A stretch of 63,933 nt of DNA, filler included, from Basidiobolus ranarum (GCA_040143965.1; 4 parts of 4 records of this genome joined end to end with filler, not necessarily neighbours in it); one strand, 5' to 3'. Positions 28,283 to 41,500 are shown, counted from the first letter of the whole stretch. Notes: generated by a model from the sequence alone, not told the origin. Program-made: numbers and translations.

Positions 28283-29492
28283 CTTCTCGACTCAAAAGCA
28301 ACAACTGTATGATAAAGTGAAAATATTTAAATATAGCTGATGCTGAGAAATTGGGATTTGAGGGTTGGGTTAAAAAGCTTACAAAGTTGAATGAAAACAA
28401 AATAAAGCCGTTTATTAAAAGTATTCTTCAAAGTGAGCTAAAAAAATCTCGGGGCGATCTACATTATGAAAAATTTATAAAAATCCTAAATACTTGTTAC
28501 ATCGATATATTTACTATTTTGGACTAATTAACTTGTAACAAAAAAAGCAAGTAATTCGAATAGTAAACCATCTTTGTACGTTTTACTACACCTTTATACA
28601 CGACAGAAGCTATCAATATTTGACATGAGGTTACTCACTCTCGCTAAAAGTTGGTACTTACTAGAGAAAGTGATGGTAGCCCTTTAGGAAAAAGCAGATG
28701 TTGAAGATTCTAAATCAACGAATGTCAGGTCTGCATTAAGCCAGATAAACCAGGAAGGCTAATTTAAGTTGTGGTAAGGCCTATAAATCGCTATATCAAG
28801 GGACAGAAAAGGTGCATATGATATGGTCCTCATCTTTGTACTGACTGTAGGGACTCCGAAGTTCATTAGTTAGATGTATTTGGTCAGCCTATGTTAGTCT
28901 CGTACCTGCACCAATAGTGGTTTTACGTGACTTGGATTTATTGATGGCTATCAAATTGATTTGCGTAAATAGAAGAATGCACAATAATGTTACATTTAAT
29001 ATACACTCTTTATGTGTACATACAACACGTATGCTGTGACACACGTTTGATCGGAATGACCTTGATATAATTCCTATGTATATGTAGTCTTGCACACGCA
29101 AGTAGGACTCTTTCCACTTGGTGCCTCTTTATTATCTACACCCGATGGGAAAATAGACACGGAAAAGGTGTATATTAGTTAAAGCGGTTCTAAATTACAA
29201 AATCAATAGAGTACTAGTACAGTTAATGAGCAGCTCCCAAACCAGTGAGAATAAGTTGTGTCGGATTTTTCGATGGATACATAGAGTTATAAGGGTTCAA
29301 TGGTATACTCTGGTGGTGGATCTAGAAGGCAGTTAGGGGAAGAAGGTCGACAGGTAGGTAAAAGCTCAACTTCCGCGCAATAATATTGTTAATACTTAAA
29401 AGCAAAAAACGAATGTAGTTTACAGGTTGCATCCAAGGAAAGATCAATCATTATTCAAGTCACAAATCAGTTATTATTTGTAAAACGAGTGT

Positions 29493-29915
29493 CTATTCTG
29501 AAGTAAACACCAGCTCGTCATAACTTTCCATTTGTATCGTTGGCAGGTCCGTTTGTCCATACGATGGCCTCAAAAATTGACATATTTTCAGAACTAGTTC
29601 AGTTATTTCCTCAGTTTTACTTGCTGATAAGGTGACTTCCTCAGTGCTATCGGTCAAAATCAGTTTTTCATCAAAGCTGTTGAAATCTAAATTAGGTGTT
29701 GCCATCGGTTCGGAATTTTCTTGGAACCCGCGTAATAAGTTGCTTAAGGAGCGAGAACGAGAGAGGTTCAATGTAGCGTGCACAGTGGTATTGGTTATGT
29801 CTCGAGAATACTCTGATTTGATGGTTTGCCCGTGAAAAAGTGCTTTTTTGGAATTGATAGTTGGATACGGTTTTGGCGACATGTTCAGATAATGTCCATT
29901 AAAGATTCCCAGCAA
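29493..29915 (-). CDS. Hypothetical protein fragment (likely 3' exon of a spliced or decayed gene)
   Basis: 140-aa ORF whose frame stays open upstream to a CTAG acceptor near 29990. No recognised motif. Confidence 0.3.
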   Translation of the reverse strand: MLGIFNGHYLNMSPKPYPTINSKKALFHGQTIKSEYSRDITNTTVHATLNLSRSRSLSNLLRGFQENSEPMATPNLDFNSFDEKLILTDSTEEVTLSASKTEEITELVLKICQFLRPSYGQTDLPTIQMESYDELVFTSE

Positions 29916-31427
29916 TTCAAATTCTTGTCCGTGACTATAAACACGTATGTTGTAGTTCAGACCAAATGCTAGTTGTGTTCGAGGGTTCTAGTAGGGTTAT
30001 GTTTATGGGTTACAGAATGCAAAGACCCGACACTGAATATAAGTAGTCGGATAACAAAAAACGTGCTAATGAAACTCCTGTAGTGGTTTGAAATACCATG
30101 GTAAGATGCGGGGAGTGCTGGTTTTATAGTCAACTGTACTCTATTAACTCGAGATCTCTCGATCACAAGATCTAATATCCAAATGTTTCCTTGGGAGTTT
30201 AATTCCCTTCATGCTCGAAGCAAGTTACCAGAATTCTCCTTGCAAGGCTCAGCAATATAGTGGTTCCCAGTTGTTTCGGTTATCCAAAAAGATGGGCAAA
30301 ATAGGGGAAATGAGTAAAAGGGCTCTCGAATCTTGTGTTACTTTGTTGACAAAAAGAGTTCATGAGCCATGGTTTGTTTATAGTTTAATTTGGTTGGCGC
30401 CTGAGTATACATCAACTTGATGAGATCAACCAGTCAGATCGAATAATGCGGCATAATTACCCCTTGCCTTTTGATTCTGTCATGCTTGATGAAATAAAAA
30501 TAGATATTCGCCACATAATTTTTCCAGCTCTTCATTTACTATGGCATCCAACTGACCAAGCCAACTCACGCCCATTAGATTGTAAAAATAGACTTCAATA
30601 TATAATCAGTGGGAACCAAAACAAATACTGAGGTTAGTTCAACTGCGGGGAGTCCTGGAATTGGCAAGAGCTAAGAGGACTCTAACTTATCTGAGTGTAG
30701 TGAGCACGCAAATCAATCATTCATATTCTTAATTTGTTCTTAACTTGGCACTCACCACCCTCCTCCCATTTGCATGCGGACCCAAACCCGAGCCAACCAT
30801 TTGCGGATGCGATGCGAAAATCAATTCAATTGTTCAAAGATCTCAAATATCTTCACTTGCGTGGAGATGATATTAGAAGTGATATTTGTATGCTTCAAAA
30901 GATTCGGTACCTGAACTGCTAGATCTGAACAATGCAGCCCCCTACATTGATGTTCTTGCTACAACCTCATATACAATTAGAATTGTCACGTGTATTGTTG
31001 CTAGGATATTACCACTTATTAAATCGTCAGCTCTCAGCACCAAAGTAATCCAAAACTGAAGTAGTAAACAGTAAACAACAGAGTTGCTAAATTCAAGAAT
31101 CCAACTCGAATCTCGATACCATAAAGTAGCAAAACAAAATAGAGTAATCAGCCTGCGTTTATCTACCACTTGGATGAGTGATCAGTTGCGAGGCTTTCAT
31201 TCTCCTATCAATCTACGGAGTAAATACACAATAGCTTTTATTAATTCTGTGGGAATTTTTGAATAGTGTAGATGTAACGCTCAGAAAGGATTCTTCAATG
31301 TTGATGTATCAGGTTCTCATTTACAGCTGACTCGCCCTGGCCTTGAGAAATATAAACAAAACACCCTCGATCATTTAAAATATGTGCTCTAAAGCTGAGG
31401 TAACCAATCCACTAAGTGACCTTGCAA

Positions 31428-31966
31428 TTAGTTGGCTAGCATGATTGATTTGAATTCGGTGAAGAAATTGATGGCATGCTCACCACCCTCGCGACCTATT
31501 CCAGATGCTTTAATCCCCCCAAAAGGCATAGACATGTCACGTACCATCCATGTATTAATCCAAACGTTTCCAGTGCGCAGTTTTTCGGCTACTCTACGAG
31601 CACGTTGCCCATCACGAGACCATACTGAGGCACTGAGACCATATCTTGTACCATTGGTAAGTTTGATCACCTCTTCTTCCTCATCGAAGGGACAGATGGC
31701 TACCACTGGACCGAAAATTTCTTCTTGCATTATACGTGATTGTGGGCTCAAGCCAGTAATTACTGTAGGTTGAACGAAATATCCACCTTCCAATTCTGTA
31801 CCCTGAATAGTCACTGGTTTCTCAAGACCACCACATTCAATCTTGCCTCCCTCTTCTTCACCCACCTTGATGTAATATAGAATCTTCTCAAACAGAACCT
31901 GGCTACACACTGGGCACATGATGGTATCCTGTTTACGAGGATCTCCCACAATAAGCTTCATGGTCT
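31428..31966 (-). CDS. Aldehyde dehydrogenase C-terminal part (ALDH8A1/aminomuconate-semialdehyde dehydrogenase-like), cut by contig end
   Basis: GYFVQPTVITG, MQEEIFGPV, YGLSASVWS and WINTWMVRDMSMPFGGIKASGIGREGG. Confidence 0.88.
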
Positions 31967-32066
31967 NNNNNNNNNNNNNNNNNNNNNNNNNNNNNNNNNN
32001 NNNNNNNNNNTTAATTAATTAANNNNNNNNNNNNNNNNNNNNNNNNNNNNNNNNNNNNNNNNNNNN
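31967..32066. other. Artificial contig linker
   Basis: 100-nt N run with TTAATTAATTAA at 32011-32022. Confidence 0.97.
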
Positions 32067-32733
32067 TCTTGGTTAGATAGATCAAGATATGCAGTATTAT
32101 TGTTTTAGCCATGGGGTAATCTATTCCAGCAATGACACATCTACATGTGGCAGGACATTTGTTGACTGCAAGTTGGGGATATGTTGGCTGAATTCTTGTT
32201 GGAAATTTGCCAAAATGCAAGAGCTTATTCTCATTGTGAATGGTAACAAGAGTCAGCTATTTACCAAGTGTCAGTGCTATTCAAAATTTCAGATGTTTAG
32301 CAATTTTTCCACCATTATTTTGCTGGTAAAGCATATTGATGTTGTTGAGTTATGTCTAATCAATCAAGTATGTTCATATGTAGAGACTAAACACAACAAG
32401 ATTCTTGTATTTTTTGATTCTCATTATGGCTGTAATACAAAGCCTAAAATATCTAAATAAAGGCATGCATATTAAATTGAATTCCTACAGCACTAAACCC
32501 AGTAATTTGCCATTCAAAAATTATATTTTTGCAAAAATTGCCGGATATTTAATAATGCATGCCAATTTGAGGATCAATATTTTAATGTGTATGAATACCA
32601 TCAAGAAACAGCCATCACACCATCAAAATCCCTGGCAGAATGCAAGCTACCAATATTGTGATGGTTCTCTGATGGTTTTGCTCTTTTGGAGGGTGGATCC
32701 AATCCGGATCAAATCAATTTTATTTTTGTTAGA

Positions 32734-33145
32734 GAACATAAGATAGTTGTGAAATGGATACTATGCTGTTGGAAAGGAACAAAACATCAAGAAATACAAT
32801 TTAGTGAGCAGTACAACATGTCACTTGTTTTGGAAGGATATGCTGATGCAGACTAGACTAATCATACAAAAAACCATAAGTCTAGAACTGGATACATGTT
32901 TAAGCTAGCTGGTGGATCAACAAGTTGGATTGGTAAGAAGCAACAAACTGTTGCATTAGCAACTACAGAAGCCAAATTTTTAGCAAGCTATATGGCTGTT
33001 CAAGAAGCTATATGGCCAAGCAGTCTTCTCAAGGAATTAGGGTATGAGGTAGTTAGTTATACCCCAATATATCAAGATTATATTGGTTCTATTCAGATCA
33101 CCAAAAATCCTGAGCATCACTCAAGGATGAGTCATATTGACATAG
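32734..33145 (+). mobile_element. Degenerate Ty1/copia retrotransposon, RT end and RNase H
   Basis: VKWILCCWKGT…LEGYADAD*…KSRTGYMFKLAGGSTSWIGKKQQTVALATTEAKF…IYQDY…NPEHHSRMSHIDI matches the copia RNase H consensus and contains an internal stop. Confidence 0.92.
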
Positions 33146-33385
33146 TTAATGTGTTTAGGGGCCTGTTGGAAGTGGTTTGGGAAATTGTAGGAATTGGTGG
33201 TTTTCACTTATTGACATATTGGGTTGAAAATTGACATTTATAGCTTTGTCAAGATGTAAGCAAGCTAATGAGTAGAATGTGTTTATGAAGGTCCCAGGAA
33301 TATGTGTGCAAAGCTTGGGGCTTCTAGCACAAGTTTATAAAATCTATGGATCTAAAGCTTGGCAAATATATTGCAAGAAAGTTCC

Positions 33386-33968
33386 TGTTGAGAATAATGG
33401 GTAACATCTTTGTAAAATGTAGGACAGCAGGGTACTGAGCTATATATTACTATATAGGTGTTTAGGCAATGCTAATTTCAACACTCTCCCCTAACTACAT
33501 ACTGATATATGATAATCTTAAGTAAGGTCAAATTTCTCAAATTTCTGTCTAGCTATTGGTTTATTTAATATATCAGGAATCATGTCTTCAGTAGAGCAAT
33601 AAGTTAAGTCTATAAGCTTACTCTCTATAGTCTCCTTGATGAAGTGATGTTTAATATCTATATGTTGGCTTTTATTATGAAATGTGGGATTTTTAGCTGA
33701 TTTGATACAACTTTGATTATCTTGAAATATGGTAGTTTGTGAATTTTGATAGTAACCTAAATCTGTTAAGAGTTTTTGTACCTATATTGCTTCTTTTGTT
33801 GTTTCACAGGCAGCCATATATTCTGCTTCTGTTGTTGAAAATTGAATGCTACATAATATACATAATGAATACTAAAGTAATAATAATATTAACTCTTCTA
33901 AACACACATTTTAGCATATGATATGACTAGATCTTATGGTTACTCATTGCAAAATTAGCAATATCTGC
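33386..33968 (-). mobile_element. Second Ty1/copia relic: RNase H end, polypurine tract and putative 3' LTR
   Basis: Minus strand 33769-33518 translates to LTDLGY…TTIFQDNQSCIKSAKNPTFHNKSQHIDIKHHFIKE…YCSTEDMIPDILNKP. The PPT AGGGGAGAG (33492-33484) lies directly before TGTTGA at 33483. Confidence 0.88.
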
Positions 33969-35016
33969 TTAAGTTTCACAACATTCAAAAGATCATTATC
34001 TGCTATTTTCTTTAGCTCAAGATTGGAGATATGAGGAATAGTTGTATCCACTCAACCCACTAATGCTATGCCCTTTTGCATGCTTGCTACCAGAAACAAA
34101 ATCTAACTAATGCTGGCATTAGATGGCAGGGGAAGAGGTGTAGAGCTTGAAAATTTAAAGCAGAGATCATGTATAATCATAACTTTTAAGAAGAATTTTC
34201 AATAGGAAAACATCAAACAGCTCACTGCCAGCAATAAGGAAATGTTATATCGGTTAATTTGAGTTCAATAGAGGCTATTGATTAGTTGAACATGTACCAT
34301 ATATCTCTTGGACTAAGAAAAGCCAAGGAAGGCATCATGGATTTAAACAACTTGCTAGTTTTCATGTTAGCTATATACATACTTAAGTAAAATAAACATA
34401 GAGCTAAGTATTCCTCAGCATATTGACTAGTTGGACTAACCTATATCATGAAAATAGGTTTTCCGAAATATTCTTCAAGTATTACAAATTTTTATAAGCT
34501 AACCAAGGTTAGTATTTTGAACTGCATTATTAGTAAATGACTTTCATCAAGAAAAGATTTATCTCATAATAGAAGCTCTTTCAGAGAATCTTTTGAAATG
34601 CTTAGCTTTGGGAGAATCCACAGTAGATTCCACAGCAAGCAATGATTCAAATGCATCCCATATATAATGTGGACAGGAAACATGTTGAATATTAATAAGT
34701 TTGAATATGCAGATTGCTAACAATTTATTAAAGAAAGGATGTGGGTGTATCTTATTTGATGATATGGAGATCGCATTGATACTATTTTTAGTAAATTAGT
34801 CACGCAGCAATCTCATTGATTCACATATTTGTTTAATAAAGTAACACGTATTGGTACATGCTAGAATTGGGTCAGCATCAAGGAGTATTTGATTGGCAGA
34901 TTGTGCTAATACCTACATGTACATTTGAAGCAGTGTGGTTTATATCAAAATTTATTGAATTATGTACACAACAAACGAGGATTATTAGCATGTGAGGGAA
35001 GGGGGAGATATGAGCT

Positions 35017-37815
35017 CTATACTGCCATATAGTAATCCAAACTCATGCAGGTATTGGTATGACCATCCGCATGAATTTTAGGTTCAACAGTCAAACTAGC
35101 GCTGTAAACCCGATCACCTATATCTTTTATATCTTTCATGGCTAGGTTGACTTCGTTGAGTACGTGATGTAGATAATTTTGAATTTCTGGTACCTCCACC
35201 AGGGCATAGGGTGATTGAAATTTACTCAACGATTCTATGATGGTAACGACTCTTCGATGTTTATCCAAATTCAACTGATGAGGTTTCTCTTTGCGAAAGT
35301 CTTTGTTTCCATCGTAAGTAAACGTCAAATCTGTCAGATAGAGTCCAAGGAATGGGAGACATGGAGGTGAGGAGCGGCGTAAGATTTCTCGATAGTCATG
35401 GAAATTCTTATGTCTATTTACCACGGAACTTTGGTTATTCAGGATTATAGAGTATTTGCGCGACAACAGCTCTTGAGTGCGCTTAAGACGATTGACACCA
35501 GAAGAATTTAGGGCGGACACAATGGAGAATAAAGTATTGTAGTTCTGGAGCTGCAAGCATTTTTCTCCCACGCGGATAAAATATTTTAAGATGTTGGATC
35601 TATTTTTCAAATCCTCTTCTCTTACGATACAGTCTGCTATCCAGGTGGTTATGGCGGTGCTGAGCTTAGTCATGGCCTGGACATGGACTGATACACTCGA
35701 CTTTTTAGAGAACTCTTTGTCGATTAATTCATGTGGCTGGATAGCACAAAACTCCTTACTTTCAAGGATTGTGAATTGTCTGGCTAACTCTAAAGGATCT
35801 AGCTCGGCAATAAAAAACCCTTTATGCGCCTTTAATGCGGCACTTACGTACGGCGATAGAAGTGGAACTGGAGGTGGAGCCCGGCGATTTTCAGGAATAT
35901 TCATACATGAATCAACTGACAATGGCCTAACGTTGATAGGCTTTGTTTTCGTACACTTCGCCTCGAGAAGTTTTATCAGGTCTTTGGATTCGGCTGGTAA
36001 ATGAGCACCCATAACTTCGAGGAAGAATTGTCGGATTAATTCGATGGAATCTCCGTCAAAGCACTCTACATAGTACAAAGTAAGCCAAAGTTTGAAAATC
36101 ATGTATATCCTCAAACGGATGGGTGTTAATTTTCCAGTTGTCCAGATTTCAATTTCGCTAGGCAATAAAGTTCTGTCCGGTTGTAAAAGAAATCGGTTTG
36201 ATAGGCACGACACTAGTTGTTCTTGTGTTGTGAAAGAGCGGAACGTTAAAAGAAAGATTTTAACAAATTGCAAATCCATAGTTGTATCGTGTTGTGTCAT
36301 ATATTCAACTAAAGCCTCTAATGTTCCACCAAGTATTAGCCCAGAACTATCGACAGTCAGGTTTTCACTGTCAATGTCTGTGTGCATAAACCAGGGATTA
36401 TTTGCACTTTCGGGAACAATGACTGACTGTGTTGGCTCAGATTTGAAGCCAAAGAAATTGCGAAAGATCTTCTTCCCTTTCTGTTTTAGTCCCTTTTCCT
36501 CCCCAGAGTGTGATACAATATTATCATGATTACTACCCTTTCGGAGGACGTTAGGCGCAGAATATCGTTTAGTGTTTTTCTCTGGGAAGATTCCTAGATC
36601 TTTGGAATGCTTTCTTAGGGTCATCTTTTGTTGTTCTTCCAATGGAGAGCTAGTACTGGAAGAGTCTGACTTTGGGCTGTTGTTACTCGGATCGATGATT
36701 ATGGAAGTGTTATTTTTGTGAGAATCAACAGTTAAAGAAGGGATATTAAAGCTTTCACTACTTCGAACAGTAGACGTGTCACAGCTGGTTTGAGGTGAAA
36801 GAAGTGCTTCACTAGTAGTCTTCAAAGTCCACAGGTTATTCAAGCGCAGCCATTCAAAAGGGCAGTGTTGGTCGAAGGTATCTTTCTTTTTTTTCAACAA
36901 AGACTGAACCAGTCGAACAATGATCTTTTGTAGCTCCTGGCAATTATTCAGCAAGTTGACAATAGCCTTGACCACAAAAGGATCCGATGCATCAGTTGCA
37001 TTATGATGCATGAGAAGTAGCTCACTAATCCAATAATATGAAAGCTTCTTCTTAGCAATCAGCAAGCGAAATGCATCTTCTTTTACCGACATACTGCTTA
37101 ACTCCGACGAAAATGCTAATAGAGGTATATTTAGTAGCTCTATAATATTCAAGAGTTCATATGCAACCTCAAACACTTTAGGAACGATTACTGAAGGCTT
37201 CGGAGGGAAAGAATTATGAATATCCAAAAAAACGTCATCAAAAGCTCCTTCAAGTTTACTCAATCGAGTAACGAATTCTTTGTTAGAAACTCTCCATTGA
37301 AACAGGTCATGTTCATTTTTTTCTTCATCTAGAGAAGAATTTATATCATTAATCCAAAAGGACGTGTCGCTAGCAACAGTATCTCGAAGCTCAAGAGGTG
37401 TTTGTGCGTCTAAAACAACATTGGAGAAATTGGTAATTGCATAAAGAAGCTGCATAGCATGGTCACTAATTGAGGAGTCTTCTTGTGAGTCAGGCATACC
37501 CAGCTTCTCAATGAACGCAGACATGAGTTGTAGAAGGCCAGCCATGACAACCTTAAAGGTTTTTTTTACCTCAGCATCTTTGGATGTTACAGGCGTAGTT
37601 GTATTAATTCTACAGATAAAGCCTAATTGTTGGACGCTAGCCACAACTGAATTCAGTTTCTCTGCTTGTTGATCCAGCGTTTCATCCCTGATAGTATTTC
37701 TGAGGTCTGTAATGGTACGAATACTTTGACTGGCGGCCTTATTCCACATAGACTTCGTAGACTCCGTAAAAGTAATGGTAGTTGGCTGAGGGTCAGTAGT
37801 TGCAGATAATGCCAT
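35017..37815 (-). CDS. Ras guanine-nucleotide exchange factor (REM + CDC25 domain)
   Basis: 932-aa intronless ORF with GGTLEALVEYMT, FLLTFRSFTT, LDPLELARQFT, LQNYNTLFSIVSAL and PPCLPFLGLYLTDLTF. Confidence 0.93.
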   Translation of the reverse strand: MALSATTDPQPTTITFTESTKSMWNKAASQSIRTITDLRNTIRDETLDQQAEKLNSVVASVQQLGFICRINTTTPVTSKDAEVKKTFKVVMAGLLQLMSAFIEKLGMPDSQEDSSISDHAMQLLYAITNFSNVVLDAQTPLELRDTVASDTSFWINDINSSLDEEKNEHDLFQWRVSNKEFVTRLSKLEGAFDDVFLDIHNSFPPKPSVIVPKVFEVAYELLNIIELLNIPLLAFSSELSSMSVKEDAFRLLIAKKKLSYYWISELLLMHHNATDASDPFVVKAIVNLLNNCQELQKIIVRLVQSLLKKKKDTFDQHCPFEWLRLNNLWTLKTTSEALLSPQTSCDTSTVRSSESFNIPSLTVDSHKNNTSIIIDPSNNSPKSDSSSTSSPLEEQQKMTLRKHSKDLGIFPEKNTKRYSAPNVLRKGSNHDNIVSHSGEEKGLKQKGKKIFRNFFGFKSEPTQSVIVPESANNPWFMHTDIDSENLTVDSSGLILGGTLEALVEYMTQHDTTMDLQFVKIFLLTFRSFTTQEQLVSCLSNRFLLQPDRTLLPSEIEIWTTGKLTPIRLRIYMIFKLWLTLYYVECFDGDSIELIRQFFLEVMGAHLPAESKDLIKLLEAKCTKTKPINVRPLSVDSCMNIPENRRAPPPVPLLSPYVSAALKAHKGFFIAELDPLELARQFTILESKEFCAIQPHELIDKEFSKKSSVSVHVQAMTKLSTAITTWIADCIVREEDLKNRSNILKYFIRVGEKCLQLQNYNTLFSIVSALNSSGVNRLKRTQELLSRKYSIILNNQSSVVNRHKNFHDYREILRRSSPPCLPFLGLYLTDLTFTYDGNKDFRKEKPHQLNLDKHRRVVTIIESLSKFQSPYALVEVPEIQNYLHHVLNEVNLAMKDIKDIGDRVYSASLTVEPKIHADGHTNTCMSLDYYMAV

Positions 37816-38597
37816 GGTTTTGGATACCTCCCTAGCAACCAGGTAGACTTATTCGAAGTATTGGAATGGGGGTGTGAGTAAAAGAAATGAATAAAGTAAA
37901 GAATTTAGCTTTAGTGCTCAGTGATGACTTTATGATAAACAGAGGAGCATTCAATCTTCGATCACAAAATTTGTCTACTTGACGCCCTTTTATTTGCAAT
38001 GGCGATTAGAATTAACGCTAATGTTCTTCAGGCTAATCCTTCCATATATTGCCAAACTTGATAAACATGTTTCATCGCATTATTTCTTTTTCAGGATGCT
38101 GTACTCACAGCGTATATGCATTCATCAGCCACCTTGGAATACTCTTCGATTAATTTTATATACGATTGCGCTGTGTAGATAGAACTTACAGGTGAAACCA
38201 TGCTAATGATCCTCTCCCTTCCTCCCCTCGTTCCTACGTATCCAATCTGGAACTTGAGATACCATTGCCCTTAATAAATCATACACGTCAAAGTAAAATT
38301 TATATGAAGTCAGTAATGCGTACTGGGCTGAACCGTCTCAGTCATAAAGTCTTGTTAACGATAAATAGGATAGGCTAAACCAAAAACAAATGCGAAATCT
38401 ATTGATCTTGGCTTCATTCGCCTCCTCATTAGTGCCCTAGTAGAAATTGCCCCAATTCATCAATGCCAGATGATGATGAAGCTTAGCCCAAATTCCTATA
38501 GAATACCCAAATACCGGGAATAGCAAATCCATTTGGATAATAGATCAAAATTAGCCCAGTTCGAAAAACAAACCGTAGGTGCGGAAGTTAGACAAGA

Positions 38598-41500
38598 ATG
38601 GTTTCCAGTGAATCCGAGCAAACGCAAGTATTTGCTCTTGAAGTACCAGATAATGCTAGCTCCTATCGATTTCCTTTCGAACCATATCCGATTCAGTTAG
38701 AATTTATGAAGAACTTGTTTAAAACTATAGAAGAGCAAAAGATTGGTATATTTGAAAGTCCTACAGGAACGGTAATCAACCTTGGGTTTTCCATATCTAT
38801 GATACACTTGTTAAGAAAGTTCCCTACTATGAAATAGGGTAAATCATTAAGTTTAATATGTGGTGCACTCACTTGGCTTCAGGAAAATCAACAACGGCAT
38901 ATAAAGGGTACCACTACCGTTGACACCTCTAATTCAGAAGGTACCAGATTTTTCTTTGAATTAATTTTCCAATGTATTTACCTGTCGCCTTTAAGATCCT
39001 CCTTGGGTTCAAGCTTTCGCTGCCGAGCGTATAAAGAAAGAAGCGGAGGAGGAAGAGACTAAAAAACGACAGGAACACGAAGAACGTGTTCGTAGAGTTC
39101 AGGAGCGTGATGAAAAAGAAAGAAAAAACAAAGTTAAAAAAAGACCTGTAAGTAAACAATTAAAGATTGTATCAACCAAAACTCAAGCTAAAATCACTTC
39201 TAGAGAACCTATAGTCGCGAAAATGAACAAACAACCAAAAAGTCAGCAACCAAGATCATTGAGGAAGTGGACGATGAGGAACAGTATATCCTTGAAGAAT
39301 ATGATAGTGATAAGGAAAGTTCGGGATCTGCTCAAACAGCTGGTTTCGAAAACTACTCAACTGAGGTTCTTGATCTAATGAAAAGGTTTCCCAGTTACAA
39401 TTAGTGTCACGTTTGGCTGTGATTAACAATTATTTTAGTTTAGAGGAAAAAGAGAAAGGCCTTGCTGGAGTCACGCATACTACACAGCAAGATGAAGACC
39501 CAGATGAAATTAAAATTATCTATTGCTCTCGTACACATTCCCAGCTCTCACAGTTTATCCATGAACTGAAAAAGACTCTTTTTCGGGAAGAAGTCAAATC
39601 TGTCTCTCTTGGGTCCAGAAAAATCACTTGTATATATGAGCCCGTCCAAACCTTAAAAAATGCAGACCGTATGAATGATCTATGTCTCGAACTGCAAAAA
39701 CCAGGTTTGATGGCATTTGAGCAGCATCAACGCTCTTCAGAATGCAAGAATTAACAACTTTATGAATACAGAAACTAAAGCTGAAAAGAAATGCCCATAT
39801 CTTCACAAAAGCGATCCTGTTCCGATGCTTGATTATAAGGACCGTGTATTGGTATAGTGTGTATCCGAAATGTTACTCAAAACATCTAGCTGACTGAGTA
39901 TCTAATATAGGCAGCAGTTCAAGATATTGAAGAGCTTGTAAGTGTAGGTCGACGAATTGGAGTTTGTCCATACTACGGAACGCGCAAGGCTATAAATCCT
40001 TCACAGATTGTAACAATGCCTTACAATGTACTGTTACAGAAGTCATCCAGAGATGCAATGGGAATTTCATTAAAAAACAACATCCTTATCATTGACGAGG
40101 CCCACAAGTACGCTGTCAACACAAGATTAACTACACAATTGTCAAGTCGCTAATTACAACCACTAGTCTGATAGATACCATAACAAGCGTCAACAGCTGT
40201 ACCATAGGTCTTAGCGAGGTAGTAAATGCTAACCAACAGCTTCATCTCTATTTGGGCAAATACAGGAATAGACTGAAAGGAAAGAACCAAGTATACATTA
40301 GACAAATATTAGTATTGCTGGGTGCATTAATCAAAAACCTGAATCGACACCTCCATATCCGAGAGAGTATGGTTACTAGAGTAGCTGATGATAACGAGGT
40401 TGTCATGAAGCCTGTCAATGAGTTTCTTCATCAATTACAAATTGACCACCTCAATATCTTCAAGATACAGAAGTACATGAAAGAAAGCCAGATCTCTAAA
40501 AAGGTAGGCCCACTTTATAGGCCTATCATGGCTGCATCCTACTTACTCAATTGTGCCACTATCCACAAACCCCGTTAGCTCAATGGTTTTACTGAAAACA
40601 ACTTACGAAAAGCCCTTCTTGACGAGGCCAATGGTAAATAGCCATTAATCCATACTCTGACGCTCCAGCATGACTCATTGAGTTTTTTCAGGCAAGGACT
40701 CCAAACCTACCTCGGGTCTACATAAGGTCGAAGCCTTCTTAATGTCGCTGACCAACGCCAACGCCAATGGTCGGGTAATGGCAGGGATTTCAACCACCAA
40801 CGATCAGATCTGCACAGCAAAGCAGCCCTATTTAAGATATCTATTGCTTAACCCGTCTGAACAATTCAAAGACATTGTCAGCGAAGCGAGAAGCGTTATT
40901 TTGGCTGGAGGAACCATGGAACCAGTACTCTACACTTTACAACTCTAGGAAAATGCCGTTTCTAACTGACTGTCTCGATTAGGTTTCTGATTTCGTGGAC
41001 TTCTTGTTCCCTTACTTGCCATCGGAAAAGATCAACCAATATTCCTTTGGTCACATTATCCCACCGGAATCATTATTAGTTTTAAGTATTGGTGAAAGTC
41101 CAACGTCATACCCACTGGAGTTTACCTTCGACAAACGATCGGATAACAGAATGGTATAATGGTCCAGATACTCAATGTATTAGCCATCTCTCTAAACGTA
41201 AATATGTAACTTAGATTGACGAACTTGGTCAGGTTATTGCGAACATGTGCAATATCATTCCAGACGGGGTTGTCTGCTTCTTTCCGTCGTATTCTTTTCT
41301 CGACTCGGTGTACCGACGCTGGGATAGTATCGGTGTTTTGAGCCGCATACAAAAGAAGAAAAAGGTACCCAGACTTGGTGAATAACTTTCATGCTAAGAT
41401 GTGACATTTAATGCGATGACTCTAGTTATTTCAGGAACCCAAGCTTGCGGATATGGTAGATCAGACTTTACGTGAATATGCACACCATATTGAGAATCCA

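Noticed and set aside
29042-29047. CACGTT (Pho4-like site) upstream of the SPX transporter
   Set aside because: A single hexamer about 760 bp upstream is expected by chance, and I noticed no CACGTG sites at the PHO89 promoters.
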